NCBI GenBank assembly: GCA_051294375.1 | Contig: CM119264.1 | Coordinates: forward strand, 26,570,008 to 26,634,007 | Reading direction: 5' to 3' | From: Paraspadella gotoi | Lineage: Eukaryota > Animalia > Chaetognatha | Length of the DNA stretch: 64,000 nucleotides | Part shown: in pieces, positions 10,315-22,152 of the stretch | Position numbering within the stretch: the first letter of the stretch is position 1 | How the letters are laid out: every line of letters starts with the position of its first letter | Translations under genes and position numbers: made by a program | The notes under the pieces: generated by a model | Database searches by the model: none | The model's input: the letters and a program-made list of their open reading frames with translations, nothing else | What the model was told of the DNA's origin: nothing

Positions 10315-10324
10315 GGGTTCACCA
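10315..10324 (-). promoter_or_regulatory. Primer binding site, tRNA-Trp-like
   Basis: TGGTGAACCC starts 2 nt after the 5' LTR. It is a 9/10 match to TGGTGACCCC, the complement of the tRNA-Trp 3' end used by CsRn1-clade elements. Confidence 0.7.
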
Positions 10325-10326
10325 GA

Positions 10327-10684
10327 TGTGGATAACGGATACTATTGACATGAACTCAAAATAGGAGTGAAATATTGAACCGTATTAATAGTGAAAGTGA
10401 ACAGTATCAGAATATAGAGCATCACTAGATGTCGTTAGTTTCCTATGTAAACAAGCAGTCTGCTCTTTCTAGGGGAAACTTATAAATAGTGGCCATTATT
10501 AGTTTAGTGATGTAGAATAGATAATGTGGAAATATCAAACATCTAACATGTAAAAGAGCCCGATGGCGAAATGGTTATAATACTTTATTATGGCATGAAG
10601 TTACGGGTTCGAATCTTGGTAAAGGCATTCTATTTCAATAAGGGGAAAATGGGGAATTTTATTATAAAGAGAAATAAGGCTACA
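10327..10684 (-). repeat. 5' LTR of Gypsy element
   Basis: TGTGGATAAC...GGCTACA, direct repeat of 4422-4774, adjacent to the PBS. Confidence 0.95.
10558..10627 (+). promoter_or_regulatory. tRNA-like Pol III cassette (A box and B box) inside the 5' LTR
   Basis: A box 10564-10574, B box GGTTCGAATC 10606-10615. Second copy of 4649-4719. Confidence 0.7.
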
Positions 10685-10993
10685 CGATAAACGACTTTGT
10701 TCTAAAGTAAAAAGTAATAAAAAACGTTAAATACACCGGCAGACAGCAGATATTTCCAAAGACGTGATAAAAACTTTAAAAACAGAAAAAACGCTTTGTT
10801 CCAATGTAGAAAGGATAAAAAATTTCTAAAACACGCGGAAAACGATATTTTCACAAAGAAAAAAGAAAATAAAAACGTTAAATACTTCTGCAAATAACAT
10901 CATCGAGGTTGTTAAAATTGGGTAAGGACAGTTATTAAATATCTTTTTAATACGTTTTATCAAAACAAACAAATTTCCTCTCTTTTATTTTTT

Positions 10994-12676
10994 ATGTCTC
11001 CTTCTCTAAATTTATATTCATGCCTTATCCTTAAAATATGCAAGTTTTATCCAAAGAAAAATACTAACATACATAGATCAGCTGATTGTTTCTCACAGCG
11101 CGATCTAGACAATAGACAGGTGTTATGTCGTCCAAACAAAGAGACACGAAATGCGTCAAACCAGAAAAGTCGTGGAAAAACTAAAAACTCCAAAGATACT
11201 GTTGAAAATGATACAGAAATGGAGATTTTTGAAGAACATTCTACTAATGAAGTTGAAACACGCCTTTTCAAAGATTTTGAACTGCTCAACCCAGAACGTA
11301 AGTCTGCTTTTGCCCGCCGTCTAATAAGTCTGGGCTATAACAAAAATGCTAGTCCAACATCAATTAACACAAATGTCTCACCCTCATCAGAACATGCTCG
11401 TCAACTTGACCAAAGAAAAACTGTCGTGGTGTCCTCCAACATGCCTGAGGAGGTAAGAAAATCCAGACCAAACGTTCTCGCTATACTGGATGAGGCATTC
11501 AAAGGTTCCGCTTCATTTGACGAAGTTAAGATCACTAAACGTGGTGACATAATCATTTTATGTAATACAGATAAAGACTTCAATTCGTTGATTAAACCAG
11601 AAAACTGGCGACATGAAAAGTTTACTTTCAATCCAAAGTTAAGCCCTGAACACACTGTCTCACATTTTATTCTAATTAAGGGAGTTGATCCTGAATATTC
11701 TGAAGAGGAAATTAATGCTGCTTTAATAGAACGTGGTTATTCTCCAAGCTTTGTTAAAAGACTTAAGGCTGGCACAACAGGAATGCCAAGCTGGAATGTC
11801 AAAGTGACTCTTAACTCTTTAAAGGAAAAGGAAAACATATTAACAAACAAAATTAATATGTTTAGAAAAATTCATTCGGTCACTGAATATTTTACTGATA
11901 AAGTTCTACAGTGCTTTAATTGTCAAGAATTTGGACACGGCTCCAATGCATGTACCAAACAGACTCAAATTTTCCTTCGCTGTGCTGGTGCACACTCACA
12001 CAAAGAATGCAACAAACAGTTTGGCGATACCAAATGTGCGAATTGCCATGGAAACCATCCGGCCAATTCCAGATCTTGCCCAAATTATCAAGCAGCCTGT
12101 CAACAATCAAATAAAAACCAAATCACAACATCTCAAAACAAACTTATTCCATCATATGCAGCAGCAGCTATCCAAAACATCTCAACACCCCAAAAACTGC
12201 ATAAGGAAGACTTGAGAGATATCTGTCATTGCCTATTTCTCATACTCCAAGAGTTAGACCTTGGAAGGAAAATCACTGACCATGAACTCCTTTCAACAAT
12301 AAAAAGAACCACGGATGCAATCGAACTCAATAGAAACAATTCCACGTTACAACAGTCAAGCTCTCAAATTCATTCTTCCCAAGAATCAAATCAAACTCAT
12401 ACTCAAAATCTTAACACTTCTTCCCAAACGAATCCAAAATCTTTCACTAACACCAATCAATCAAACAATCACAATAACCATATTGAATCTCTCCTCTCTA
12501 CCCAGCAAATTATCAATGATTGGGCAGAAGATGATCCACTGACCCAAATGCAGTCTCAGGAAAGCCCCAATGAAGAACAAGAAGAAACCCGAACTGGTAT
12601 CTTGGCGACTGAAAACACCAGAAGGCTAAATCTCCAACCAAAAAGTAAAAAACCAGGTAGACCACATAAGCAATAA
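10994..12676 (+). CDS. LINE ORF1p, gag-like nucleic-acid-binding protein (PRE_C2HC-like region plus three zinc knuckles)
   Basis: 560-aa ORF with IKGVD...SEEEI, CFNCQEFGHGSNAC, (F)LRCAGAHSHKEC, CANCHGNHPANSRSC and SYAAA. The true start may be downstream of 10994. Confidence 0.88.
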   Translation: MSPSLNLYSCLILKICKFYPKKNTNIHRSADCFSQRDLDNRQVLCRPNKETRNASNQKSRGKTKNSKDTVENDTEMEIFEEHSTNEVETRLFKDFELLNPERKSAFARRLISLGYNKNASPTSINTNVSPSSEHARQLDQRKTVVVSSNMPEEVRKSRPNVLAILDEAFKGSASFDEVKITKRGDIIILCNTDKDFNSLIKPENWRHEKFTFNPKLSPEHTVSHFILIKGVDPEYSEEEINAALIERGYSPSFVKRLKAGTTGMPSWNVKVTLNSLKEKENILTNKINMFRKIHSVTEYFTDKVLQCFNCQEFGHGSNACTKQTQIFLRCAGAHSHKECNKQFGDTKCANCHGNHPANSRSCPNYQAACQQSNKNQITTSQNKLIPSYAAAAIQNISTPQKLHKEDLRDICHCLFLILQELDLGRKITDHELLSTIKRTTDAIELNRNNSTLQQSSSQIHSSQESNQTHTQNLNTSSQTNPKSFTNTNQSNNHNNHIESLLSTQQIINDWAEDDPLTQMQSQESPNEEQEETRTGILATENTRRLNLQPKSKKPGRPHKQ

Positions 12677-12678
12677 AA

Positions 12679-15658
12679 ATGGACTCTCGAAATCTACCAC
12701 TTGCACTTCTTCAACTTAACTCAAATGGTAAGCCTTCACGCCTGATTGAATTTATAAACCTAATTGAAAATCTCAGTAAAAGTTACACTTTAATTTTTGC
12801 TTGCAATGACATCCGTTGTCAACAGAAAGACCTTTATAGTTTTAAGAAATACAATGTATTTGTAAATCCATCTTCGACTTCAGCAGGAGGTGTTATGATT
12901 GCTGTTCCAAACCACTTACCTNNNNNNNNNNTTAAATTTTTAAACCAACCTGATGAAACTTTAATAATTGAAATTTTACTAAGAGATAAACAAAAATTAC
13001 TTTTTTCAACAATATACAATCACCCAGGAAAATATGTAGAAGACTCTCTCTTTTATCACATTAATACATTTTCAGAAAGAAATAATGTCGTTTTAAGCCT
13101 TTTAATTGGAGACTTAAACTCACCACATTCAGAGCTTGGCGGAAGATTTGACTCCCCTCAAGGCGATGTCCTTTTAGAAAACATCTTAAATAACGACTTT
13201 ACATTATTAAACGGGTCGCTTCCTACCTATATCAGTAAATCCAACGGAGAAGCTAATGTTTTAGATATTGCACTCACACCACAAAAATTTTCAAATAACA
13301 TTTCATCAGTTTCTGTCCTGCATGACGTCGGCAGTGACCACCTGCCTATTCTCGTAACAACCAACTTTCAGCCCCTCATACATGAATATCAATATAAAAA
13401 AACTAACTGGAGTGAATTCTGTAATCTGATGGAAAATTCATTGCCACCAATAAAAATTTGTGTCTCTCTCAAAGACTCATATTGACCAAGCAATAAACCA
13501 ATTCACAGAATCCATGAATCAAGCAATCGAAAAAAGCACTGAAATTAAAACCTTTAAAACTTTCAATTACATCTATACCTCTCCAATTTTCAAAGAATTA
13601 ATAATTAGAAAGAGAAAACTAACTAGAAAGATATCTCGGGCTAGAAAACATGGTTTTGTCCCCGATCCCAATTGGAAATCAGAATTTAACTACCTTTGTA
13701 GAAAAATTAGAAATCTAAACAAACAATTTATATTAGAACACTATCACAAAAAAGCAGAAAACATAAAAAATGAAAAAAACCCATCTAAAAAATGGAAATT
13801 AATTAACGAGATGATAAACTATAAAACTAAAAGTTCACCTGATGCAATGTTAATTGATACAAACGGTGTGCAAGCTGTAGATAATAAAACAAACCTCGAT
13901 ATACATGCAAAAAATTTAAAATCTATACTAGGAAAATCCCCGGTACTCCCTGGACATGATGATTGGGTAAAAAAAGTTGAAGAGAGAGTAAACAGTTTTC
14001 ATGGTTTGCTCCAACCAGGTGTGCTTGATACTGAAGAGGAGGAAGAATTTTCTAATTTTTTAAAAGAAGCCTCAAACCTAAAAACGTTCATGAAATTATT
14101 AAATCTCTTAAAACAAATCAGCTCCTGGACCCGATGGAATAACTCATGAAATGCTAAACAATTTGTCTAGTAAAACTCTAAAATATTTAATACAAATCTA
14201 CTCGGCTTGTTTAAAAATTGGGTATTTTCCCTTGTACCTGGAAAATAGCAAACATAAGAGTCATTCCAAAGCAAGGAAAAGACTCAACCAACCCGAGAAA
14301 TTATCGTCCTATTAGCCTTCTTTCCGTACTGGGTAAACTATTAGAGCGAATTATTCTTCCTGGTCTTATATCAATGTTGAGTATAAGGGGAAAAAGACGA
14401 CAACTTCAATCAGGCTTCAAAAAGGGAAGATCGGCTCCAGAAAATATAGTGAGACTGGTTGAAGACGCTCACATGGGCTTCAAAGCGAGAGGAGCCACAA
14501 TATTGGTCACATTAGATTATGCAAAAGCATTTGACAATATTTGGCTGGACGGTTTAAAATACAAACTAATTAACATAAATCTTCCACTCAACATGTTAAA
14601 AATCATCTGCTCTTTTATAACAAATAGAAAATTCTCTGTTATAGCTAAAGGAGAAAATTCAGAATTAATTGATATCCTATGCGGATCACCACAAGGCGCT
14701 GTGCTAAGTCCAGAATTGTTTGCCTTTTATATAGAAGATTTACCAATTGAACCAAAACAAACTCATCTGACAATTGAACCAATTGAATCAAAACAAACTC
14801 ATCAGTCAATCAACACAGATCTCGATTTAAGACGTGATGTCCTTGAAAGCGCGTCACAATACGCAGACGACTCTTCGGCATGGTGCGTTTCAAGAAATCT
14901 AAATCTAGCAACAGCAACTCTTCAAGCTACCCTTCATCGTCTTGAAGAATGGTGTGATACATGGTTTTTAGGTCTTTGTCCTGCAAAATCAAACTGTATT
15001 TTAATAACTCGTTGTCCTTCACTTTTTGAATACGACGTTAAACTATATTTGTTTGGAGAACAAATTCCTGTTTGCAATACTATAAAATTTTTAGGATGTA
15101 TCATTGATCGAAAATTAACCTGGACTCAACATATTAATGAACTATTTTCTAAAGCCAAGTCCAAAATATTAGCGATTAACAGATTGTCTAAATATGTCAT
15201 AGGAGATAATTTCCAACTCGTACATCAGCTTTTCTCGACTTTAAATTGTTTCTTTATTTTTATATTCAGCACCTTGCTTTTTATCTGCAGGTAGATATCA
15301 CTGGCACAAAAATTTTGATACTCTTCAACTGCGAGCTATTAAAATTTTTTCATAATTACCGATACATATTGATAATGATTTAGCACGAGATGCAGCAAGA
15401 TTGATCCCACTATCTGAATATGTAAGAAATATGTCAGTAAGACGTTTAAAAAACATGATTCGAAATAATTCTCTTTTTGATGATACCATTGTTGATCGAT
15501 TGAAAAATTCTACCTACACTAATATGGTCACCAATAGAGCTTTTTATTAGGTGGGACAACATTTCGAAAAAGAAAGATTGTTGTTTGAACTGCCTCTTGG
15601 AAAGATTTCATTGAAACATGTTTAGGATAAAAACTCTACCCAATTCATTATATCTTAA
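12679..15658 (+). pseudogene. LINE ORF2p (AP endonuclease and reverse transcriptase) broken by frameshifts
   Basis: ATG 2 nt after the ORF1 stop. APE motifs GGV, GDLNS, TY, LD, SDHLPI. RT motifs YRPISLL, QSGF, LDYAKAFD, GSPQGAVLSP, YADD, FLG. Frames 12679-13485, 13460-14149, 14218-15294 plus residual C-terminus. The frameshifts may be sequencing errors, and the 3' end is approximate. Confidence 0.9.
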
Positions 15659-15752
15659 ATACTTTTCAACTTGTTTGTATCGTTGTAAATTGATGTAGCT
15701 TTAGGGGCACAATGTAGCCCAAAGCCCGTTTCTTTAATACAATTTCATATTC

Positions 15753-15755
<3 letters not shown>

Positions 15756-15795
<40 letters not shown>
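15756..15795 (+). repeat. (TC)20 microsatellite at the LINE 3' end
   Basis: Perfect TC dinucleotide run directly after the LINE 3' UTR. Confidence 0.95.
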
Positions 15796-15798
<3 letters not shown>

Positions 15799-18685
15799 TC
15801 TTCGTCATCACGTCGGATGTGGCATGACCCCTGGAATATACGTCTCTCATGGCGGAAAACGAAGGCGATATAAGCCAGCCGAATTATGAACTATTAATGC
15901 TGAGAGAGAGAGAAAGCAAAGGAAAAGGAAACGAATAACAAACAAAGGGCCATCAGAGAAAGGGAAGAGGCAGAGAGATGATGAGAAGGAGAGGAGGACG
16001 CGGGAGGAAGCGGGAGGGGACGGGAGGAAGGAGAGAGGAAGATGGGAGGATAGACGAGAAAGGAGAGGAAAGACCGTAAGGGATGAGAGAGGAGAGAGAG
16101 AGAGGAGAGGAGAGAGAGAGAGATAGATAATTAAATATACACATAAGAAAGAGATAAACAACTGACACCTAATATTCTGTATATTATAATGTATGATATA
16201 ATGATTAGCTCTCAAGGATAAGATTTAATTACTTTTACATACTTCTTCTTACAAACTACCCTATACTACGAAATTGGAACGATTGAAAAAGTCCTTTGCA
16301 GCAAATGGTAACGCTGCCAGTCTTGCGGCACAATTTTTGACGGAGAGAGTGAGAGAGAGAGAGAGAGAGCAGGAGGAGAATAGAGAGATGAGAGGAGAGA
16401 GATGGAGAGAACGAGAGACGGAGAGAGAGAGATAGATAGATAGATGATAGATAATTCCGCCTTCCCTTATTTATGAGACTTCGTTCGAGTGAGATTCGAT
16501 GCAGTTTTTTTATACGGATGATGGCTCGTCGCCGTCGTTCGCCGTCGTCGCCTGGTCGTCGTCGTCATCGTCGTCGCCGTAGTCATTAACCCGGCTCCGC
16601 CATCTCTTGGCCTTGGAAGCGATAATATGCCGCTCCGCCTCCCCCCATCATTCCTCCTTTGTTTTCCACGCGAATTTCTCTGGCTGAAGTCGTTTGTTGT
16701 GATTCACGACGTTTCGTCGTTCGTCGTCGTCGTCGGTCGCATGTACATGAACAGGAAATCTTTTTCTTGATTTCGAATCAGCGGGTTCGCGTTGTTGTCG
16801 TTGTTGTTGATTATTCTGTTTCTTTTTATTGTTTTGGTTTTTGCCCTGGGCTTTTCCCCAAACGGGGATTTTGGTTCTTTTCTCGGACAAATCATTTTCG
16901 TTTAATCATTAATTTTTCATCGCGAATTTATTTTTATCCTTTTATAAATCCAATACGGTGAAATGGTGTTTGTTGTTTGTTGTGTGGATGTTAGTTGTTG
17001 TTGTTTTTGTGGCTTTTGAGAAGGAAGGCTGATGTCTGAAGGCACGAGAGGTGGTGCATCGAATTATGTAAGCGACTGAAAGGGAAAGAATTAAAAAAAT
17101 TTCTTTTTTTTCTACCTGTGCGAAATTTACAACCAATATGTCAAAAAATCTTAATTTAAAAATCGAAATAAACAGATAATAAATAATGATAATAAAACAA
17201 GAGTTACTACAATAAAAAGAATTATATTCCAACACAACTGTTAATTATAATAAGGCATTTAAAATTGCATATTTTGATATTGCATTTAATTAATAGAAGC
17301 TGAACCAAAAATTCAATTACAAGTATATTGTAAAACTTGAAAAAAATAAATTTGAGGTTAATAAAAGTTTTCAGAGGAAAAAAATTAGATGCCTTGGATC
17401 TGGATTGAATGTCTATATAAGAGAGATGAGAGAGACTGTGAGAGAGCGAGAGAGAGAGAGAGGAGAGAGAGAGAGGCGATAGAGAGATAGAGAGGAGCAC
17501 AGAGAACGAGAGAGAGAGAGAGAGGCTCCAAATTTCCTGAGTGAGATTGCGAATGTTCATCTTCGCAGAGAAATAAGAGTTCTTCTAAGTGCGAGGGCTC
17601 CGGAGCCCCCTCCGTGCCAACACCCGAGCCATCGCCCCCAGAGCCGCGCGGGGCGTGTTTGCCGTGCCGCAGGGGCTGCGTCGGTGGGCGGCTCCCTTGC
17701 TGCGGGGTGATGGATTTCGGGTGTAAAGGAAATCAGATCAAGAAACTGAAACGAGATGGAACGAGCGAAAAATTTGGAAGGAAGGAAATCCGGGAAGAAT
17801 GATGATGTTAACTCCAAAGGCGTCTCTTTCTTCTCTCTCCTCCTCTTTTTCTCTCTATCCCTTTTCACCCTCCTTTTTCCTTATTTCTTCTTTTTTCCTC
17901 CTTCCCCCCTTTTCTTCCCTTTCTCTTCTCTCTCTCTCTCTCTCTCTCCTCTCTCTCTTCTCTCTCTCCTCTTCTCTTTCCTCTATCTCGTTAAAAAATT
18001 CCAACAGTCTATCTTATTTTCTGAAAAAAAAGGACAATAAATTTACTACTTTTATTTCAACTATATTTTCCGCTTTTGCCGTTTCCAAACAAAATATTTT
18101 ATTTTAGTTTTTACCAACGAAATATTTCACAGAAATTTGCTCACCTAATCCTTTTTTTCATTCAGAATTTCACCTGCTGCGTATTTAGCGAATTTCCTTT
18201 TTTTCTTTTTTTTGGCTTTCCTGTCTGAACTTTTTGCTACACGGCAGACAACCCGAAAAAATAAAACCAGATAGAGTTTTTTAGCCCCCGTTTTTTTTAA
18301 AATCAATTCACCCATTCATTTTTGGGTTTTATTTTATTCAAATTTGATGACATTCTGTAGCTTTTTAGTCAAAGCAAGTCAAAACTTATTTTTATCAAAA
18401 AAGAAAAAAAAAAGACAAAGTAAGTTTGCCAATTTTCGGGCATTGTTGTTGAATTCTTTCAAGCAAAGAAAAAAATTTCATAATTTCTTTAGGCCACATT
18501 TTGAAAAAGTTGCCGGAGACGTAAGAAAATAAAAACTAGTTAGGGACGAATAAAATTAAAATATAAAAAGAAAGTAAAAGAAAAGGTAAAAAAAGAGTAG
18601 TAATTTTTTTACAAAAATTAGTATTATTTTTCCTCGTTCGTTTTTTGTGACTTTTTCTGTCGTCGGTTTGGCAAATGGCTTTGCT

Positions 18686-18732
18686 TTGTTTAAACTTTGT
18701 TTAAAACTTGTGTTTAAACTTTGTTTAAACTT
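18686..18732. repeat. Short tandem array of ~12-bp TGTTTAAACTT units
   Basis: Four copies, three with the exact palindrome GTTTAAAC. Confidence 0.8.
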
Positions 18733-20065
18733 GGAAGAATCTCGGTAAACAAATACGTCAAGCAATGTTTTGTATCATTTGTCACGAAGTGTGGGTGGCA
18801 GAGAAGAGCAGAGAGAGAGTGAGAGAGATGAGAAAGAGAGAGAATGAGAGAGAGAGAGAAATCGCAAAGGTTGAGGCGAAGATTCATGTGGAGCAATAAT
18901 AATTTTTTACGGTCATACAAAAGGGCTGAGAGAGAGAGAGAGAGAGCGGACTGCCCCTTTTACGGCCATGGCCAGCTGCCCCCGAAACCCCCCCGGGGGG
19001 CGCTCGGCAAGCTACCGGCAACTAAAGAGCCGAGGGCCCAAAGTAAGCACGCGTTCGCCATTTTAGCGAGCGGCTGCGCCTTCGCGAGGCGTCGCCGAGT
19101 GTCGAGAGCGTCGAAGAAATTTGATGGGGAGACTCGACGCGGAGCAACCGTGAAAAGTTTCCTTCGTAACGGTGCGGATATAATGAAGCGTTGCGAGAGT
19201 GTGTAGCGTGCGACGGTGAGTTGAGTGAGGTAGCGATCGATCGCTGCTTTTGAGCGTGCAAGCGCCCAAGAGTTTTTGAAACAAGGCAAAAGTATAAGCA
19301 ATATCAAACATCAAATAAAGCAAAGAACTGAAAATCATAATTTTGCTATCAAATAGTAAATTATGAAACATACATTTACTTTTATCACAAAACGCTATTT
19401 CTAACGAAGCCTTCACGTGATCCTTTAATTCACCTCCACCGACCGAAAAAATTCGTGATGGTCTCACTCGCTGTTGAACGCGCGCGGTAAACACCTCTCA
19501 CGTGAGCTCAACGAAAAACGCGATTACGAAAAAAAAGAAATAAAATATGGGCGAAGATAATTAGGTTTCGACGTCGGAGAATAATAAATTTAGGAGGAAG
19601 GAAAAACCAGGGTCTAGTGGAGGAGGAGGAGGAAGCGAGAAGAATGGGATTATACGGAAAGGGAGAAGAACAACAGACTGTTTTATATGTACAATATGAA
19701 AAGGAAGGAGAAGGGGAAGGGAGATGAGAGAAAAAAAAGTATTATAATCTGCAAAGAGAAAAGTAAAGGACTTTTAAATAGTTGTAAAATCTTGGGTGGG
19801 CCGACTGGATTGTTTTAAAAGGAAAGGACTTTCAGAAAGGTCTAAAAACTCTAAAGGAGGAAAAGAGGAAGGAAATATAAATTAGCAATATTTCTGCATA
19901 GAATAAAAAGTTTAAGAGGAAAATTAAATTGCTGGGATTTTAATTAAAGGAGATGATCGTCCGAAATGGAACTGTCGAGGGTTAAAGAAGATAAAAAGAT
20001 AAGAGGGCGGGAGATGTGGCGGATGCCAAATCGGGAGTTCAGAGTTGAGACAAACAAGACGGCTT

Positions 20066-20513
20066 CACCCACTTACCCACAACCTCTCTTTCCTCTATCC
20101 ACTACCCACAACTTCTCCTCTTCCTCTATCTACTACCACAACCCACCTCTTTTCTAATCACTACCGACTACTCACTTTCCTTTCTCTATCCACTACCCAC
20201 AACTTCACCTTCCCTTTCTCTATCCACTATCACTACTTCACTTCCTTTCTCTATCATACCCACAACTTCACCTCCTTTTTCATCCACTACCCACTACTCA
20301 CTTTCCTTTCTTCTATCCACTACCCACAACTCACCTCTTTCTCTATCCACTACCCACACTCACTTCCTTTCTCTATTCCACTACCCACAAACTTCACTCC
20401 TTTTTCTATCCACTACCCACTACTCACTTCCTTTCTCTATCCACTAACCCACACTTACCTCCTTTCTCTATCCACTACCCACAACTCACCTTCCTTTCTC
20501 TTTCCACTACCCT
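20066..20513 (+). repeat. Minisatellite, ~30-31-bp unit (TCTATCCACTACCCACAACTCACTTCCTTTC-like), about 14-15 copies
   Basis: ATCCACTACCCAC recurs at about 30-bp period. Confidence 0.92.
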
Positions 20514-20785
20514 CCATATCCTTTTCTTTCCCTCGCTCGATTTAAACTAAGGGATCCGCCTAAGAAGAAATCGAAACCCTTGAGTGAAGCTTACGACAAA
20601 CAACAATAACAACAACAACAACGACGACGCGCAGGAGAGGAGAGCGGAAGTGGAAATGTTGTGTTGTGCTTTGGCTAGTCTATTTTGAAGGTTATTTTAG
20701 TGTTGTCGTTCTTTGCTTCGCGTTTCTGGGTTATCGTCGTTGTTGTTGACTAAAATCAAAAACTCAATGGATTCTTAGTAATCGT

Positions 20786-20817
<32 letters not shown>

Positions 20818-21832
20818 CGCCATCGTGTACTGGGAAAACAAAGGAGAATCTAAATTACCTGTCGTTGTTTTCATTGCAGTTGGCAATTGTACGCAGAACA
20901 AAAGGGAATCGTACAGGGACAAAGTGTTTTAAGCAGATTTTTTGCTTCCCTATTTGGTCGATAAGAGAAGTAAGGACCTAAGGTTCTCGCTTTCGACAAC
21001 CGGCCGCAGTTCCTACAATTTCAGCGAATATCTTCTCAGAATCCGGCAGCAGTAGCGAACTCACCGTCTCCTTCCTTTTACAGCGAATAGAAGTAAGAAG
21101 AAAAGGGCGTGGGCTCGACACTCCTTTAAGAATCAAGGAGAAAAAAAGAAAAATAACAATGAAGAAGAAGAAAAAAAGAAATTAGAAAATAATTTGATCA
21201 GGAAGATCGTTTTTCCGTTTGGTTGTCGATAGACAAGGGAAAAAGAGGGAGACGAGAAATGAGAGCAGAGAGAGAATGACGGAGAGAGAGACGAGATGAA
21301 GAGAGAGATAGAGAGACTGAGAGAGACGCAGGAGAGAGGATAGAGAGAGAGATGCTATTGGTGTTCTTTGAAGGTGAGGGCTATTACCGAGCCCAAGGAT
21401 ATCGTTAGAGTTTAAGTCGTCGGTCGTCGTCTTCATTCGTCAGTTCGTCGTCGTCATTTGTTTGTTTGTTTTTCGCGATTTCCAACCAACGAGAAAAGGA
21501 GGAGACTTTGAGTCTCATGAAACAGAGCGACGGACCGGAAAAGATTCGTGAGCGGAATGGCGTTTGATGGTGCCGTGGGCGTACCCGGAGGCCTGCTCGG
21601 TTGAGTCTGAGGCGGGCTGTGCCCAGACGGCTCTACCCAGGCGATCTTTTTCAAGTTCAGTCTTTGGGCTTCGATGGCAGACACGAGCTTGCTTTTTCAA
21701 ACATCAAGAAAAGAGTGAAAGCTGTCGTGTGTTTCGTTGATTTCGTTGTTGTCGTTGTTGTCGTGTTTCGTCGTTTGTGGGTGCTCTGAACTGGAATCTG
21801 GCGTTTTGTTCGCCAATGTTATATCCCTTAGT

Positions 21833-22152
21833 TTGTCATTGTCATTATCTTCGTCATCACTATTGTCATTGTCATCGTTCGTCATCACTATTGTTCTGTC
21901 ATTCATCGTTCGTCCATCACGTTTGTCATGTCATCATCTTCATCATCACTATTGTCGTAGTTCATCATATTTTTTCATCACTATTGTGATTGTCATCTAG
22001 TTGTCGTCATCACTATTTTCATTGTCATCATCTTCGTCATCACTTCTTGTCGTAGTCATTCATATTTTCATCACTATTGTCTTGTCATCATTGTCGTCCA
22101 CTCACTAGTTGTCATCTATCGTCGTCTCACTATTGTCATTGTCATCATCTTC
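21833..22152 (+). repeat. Degenerate tandem repeat built on TCATCACTATTGTC/GTCATC
   Basis: Repeated CATCACTATTGT and GTCATC motifs over about 320 bp. Confidence 0.8.

Larger units (their letters stand above)
4422..10684 (-). mobile_element. Ty3/Gypsy LTR retrotransposon, CsRn1/Kabuki/Boudicca-like clade, near intact
   Basis: Two ~355-bp direct repeats with TG...CA ends, PBS and PPT in minus orientation, gag with C-X2-H-X9-C-X3-C motif, pol order PR-RT-RH-IN, no env ORF. No target-site duplication (flanks GTGC and CGAT). Confidence 0.95.
10994..15795 (+). mobile_element. Non-LTR retrotransposon (LINE), Jockey/I-group-like, near full length
   Basis: ORF1 with CCHC knuckles, ORF2 with APE and RT, no recognisable RNase H, 3' UTR hairpin and terminal (TC)20. 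The 5' boundary is uncertain (10685-11100). Confidence 0.92.

Noticed and set aside
20066-20513. CRISPR array
   Set aside because: Contiguous tandem units without unique spacers, eukaryotic context and no cas genes.
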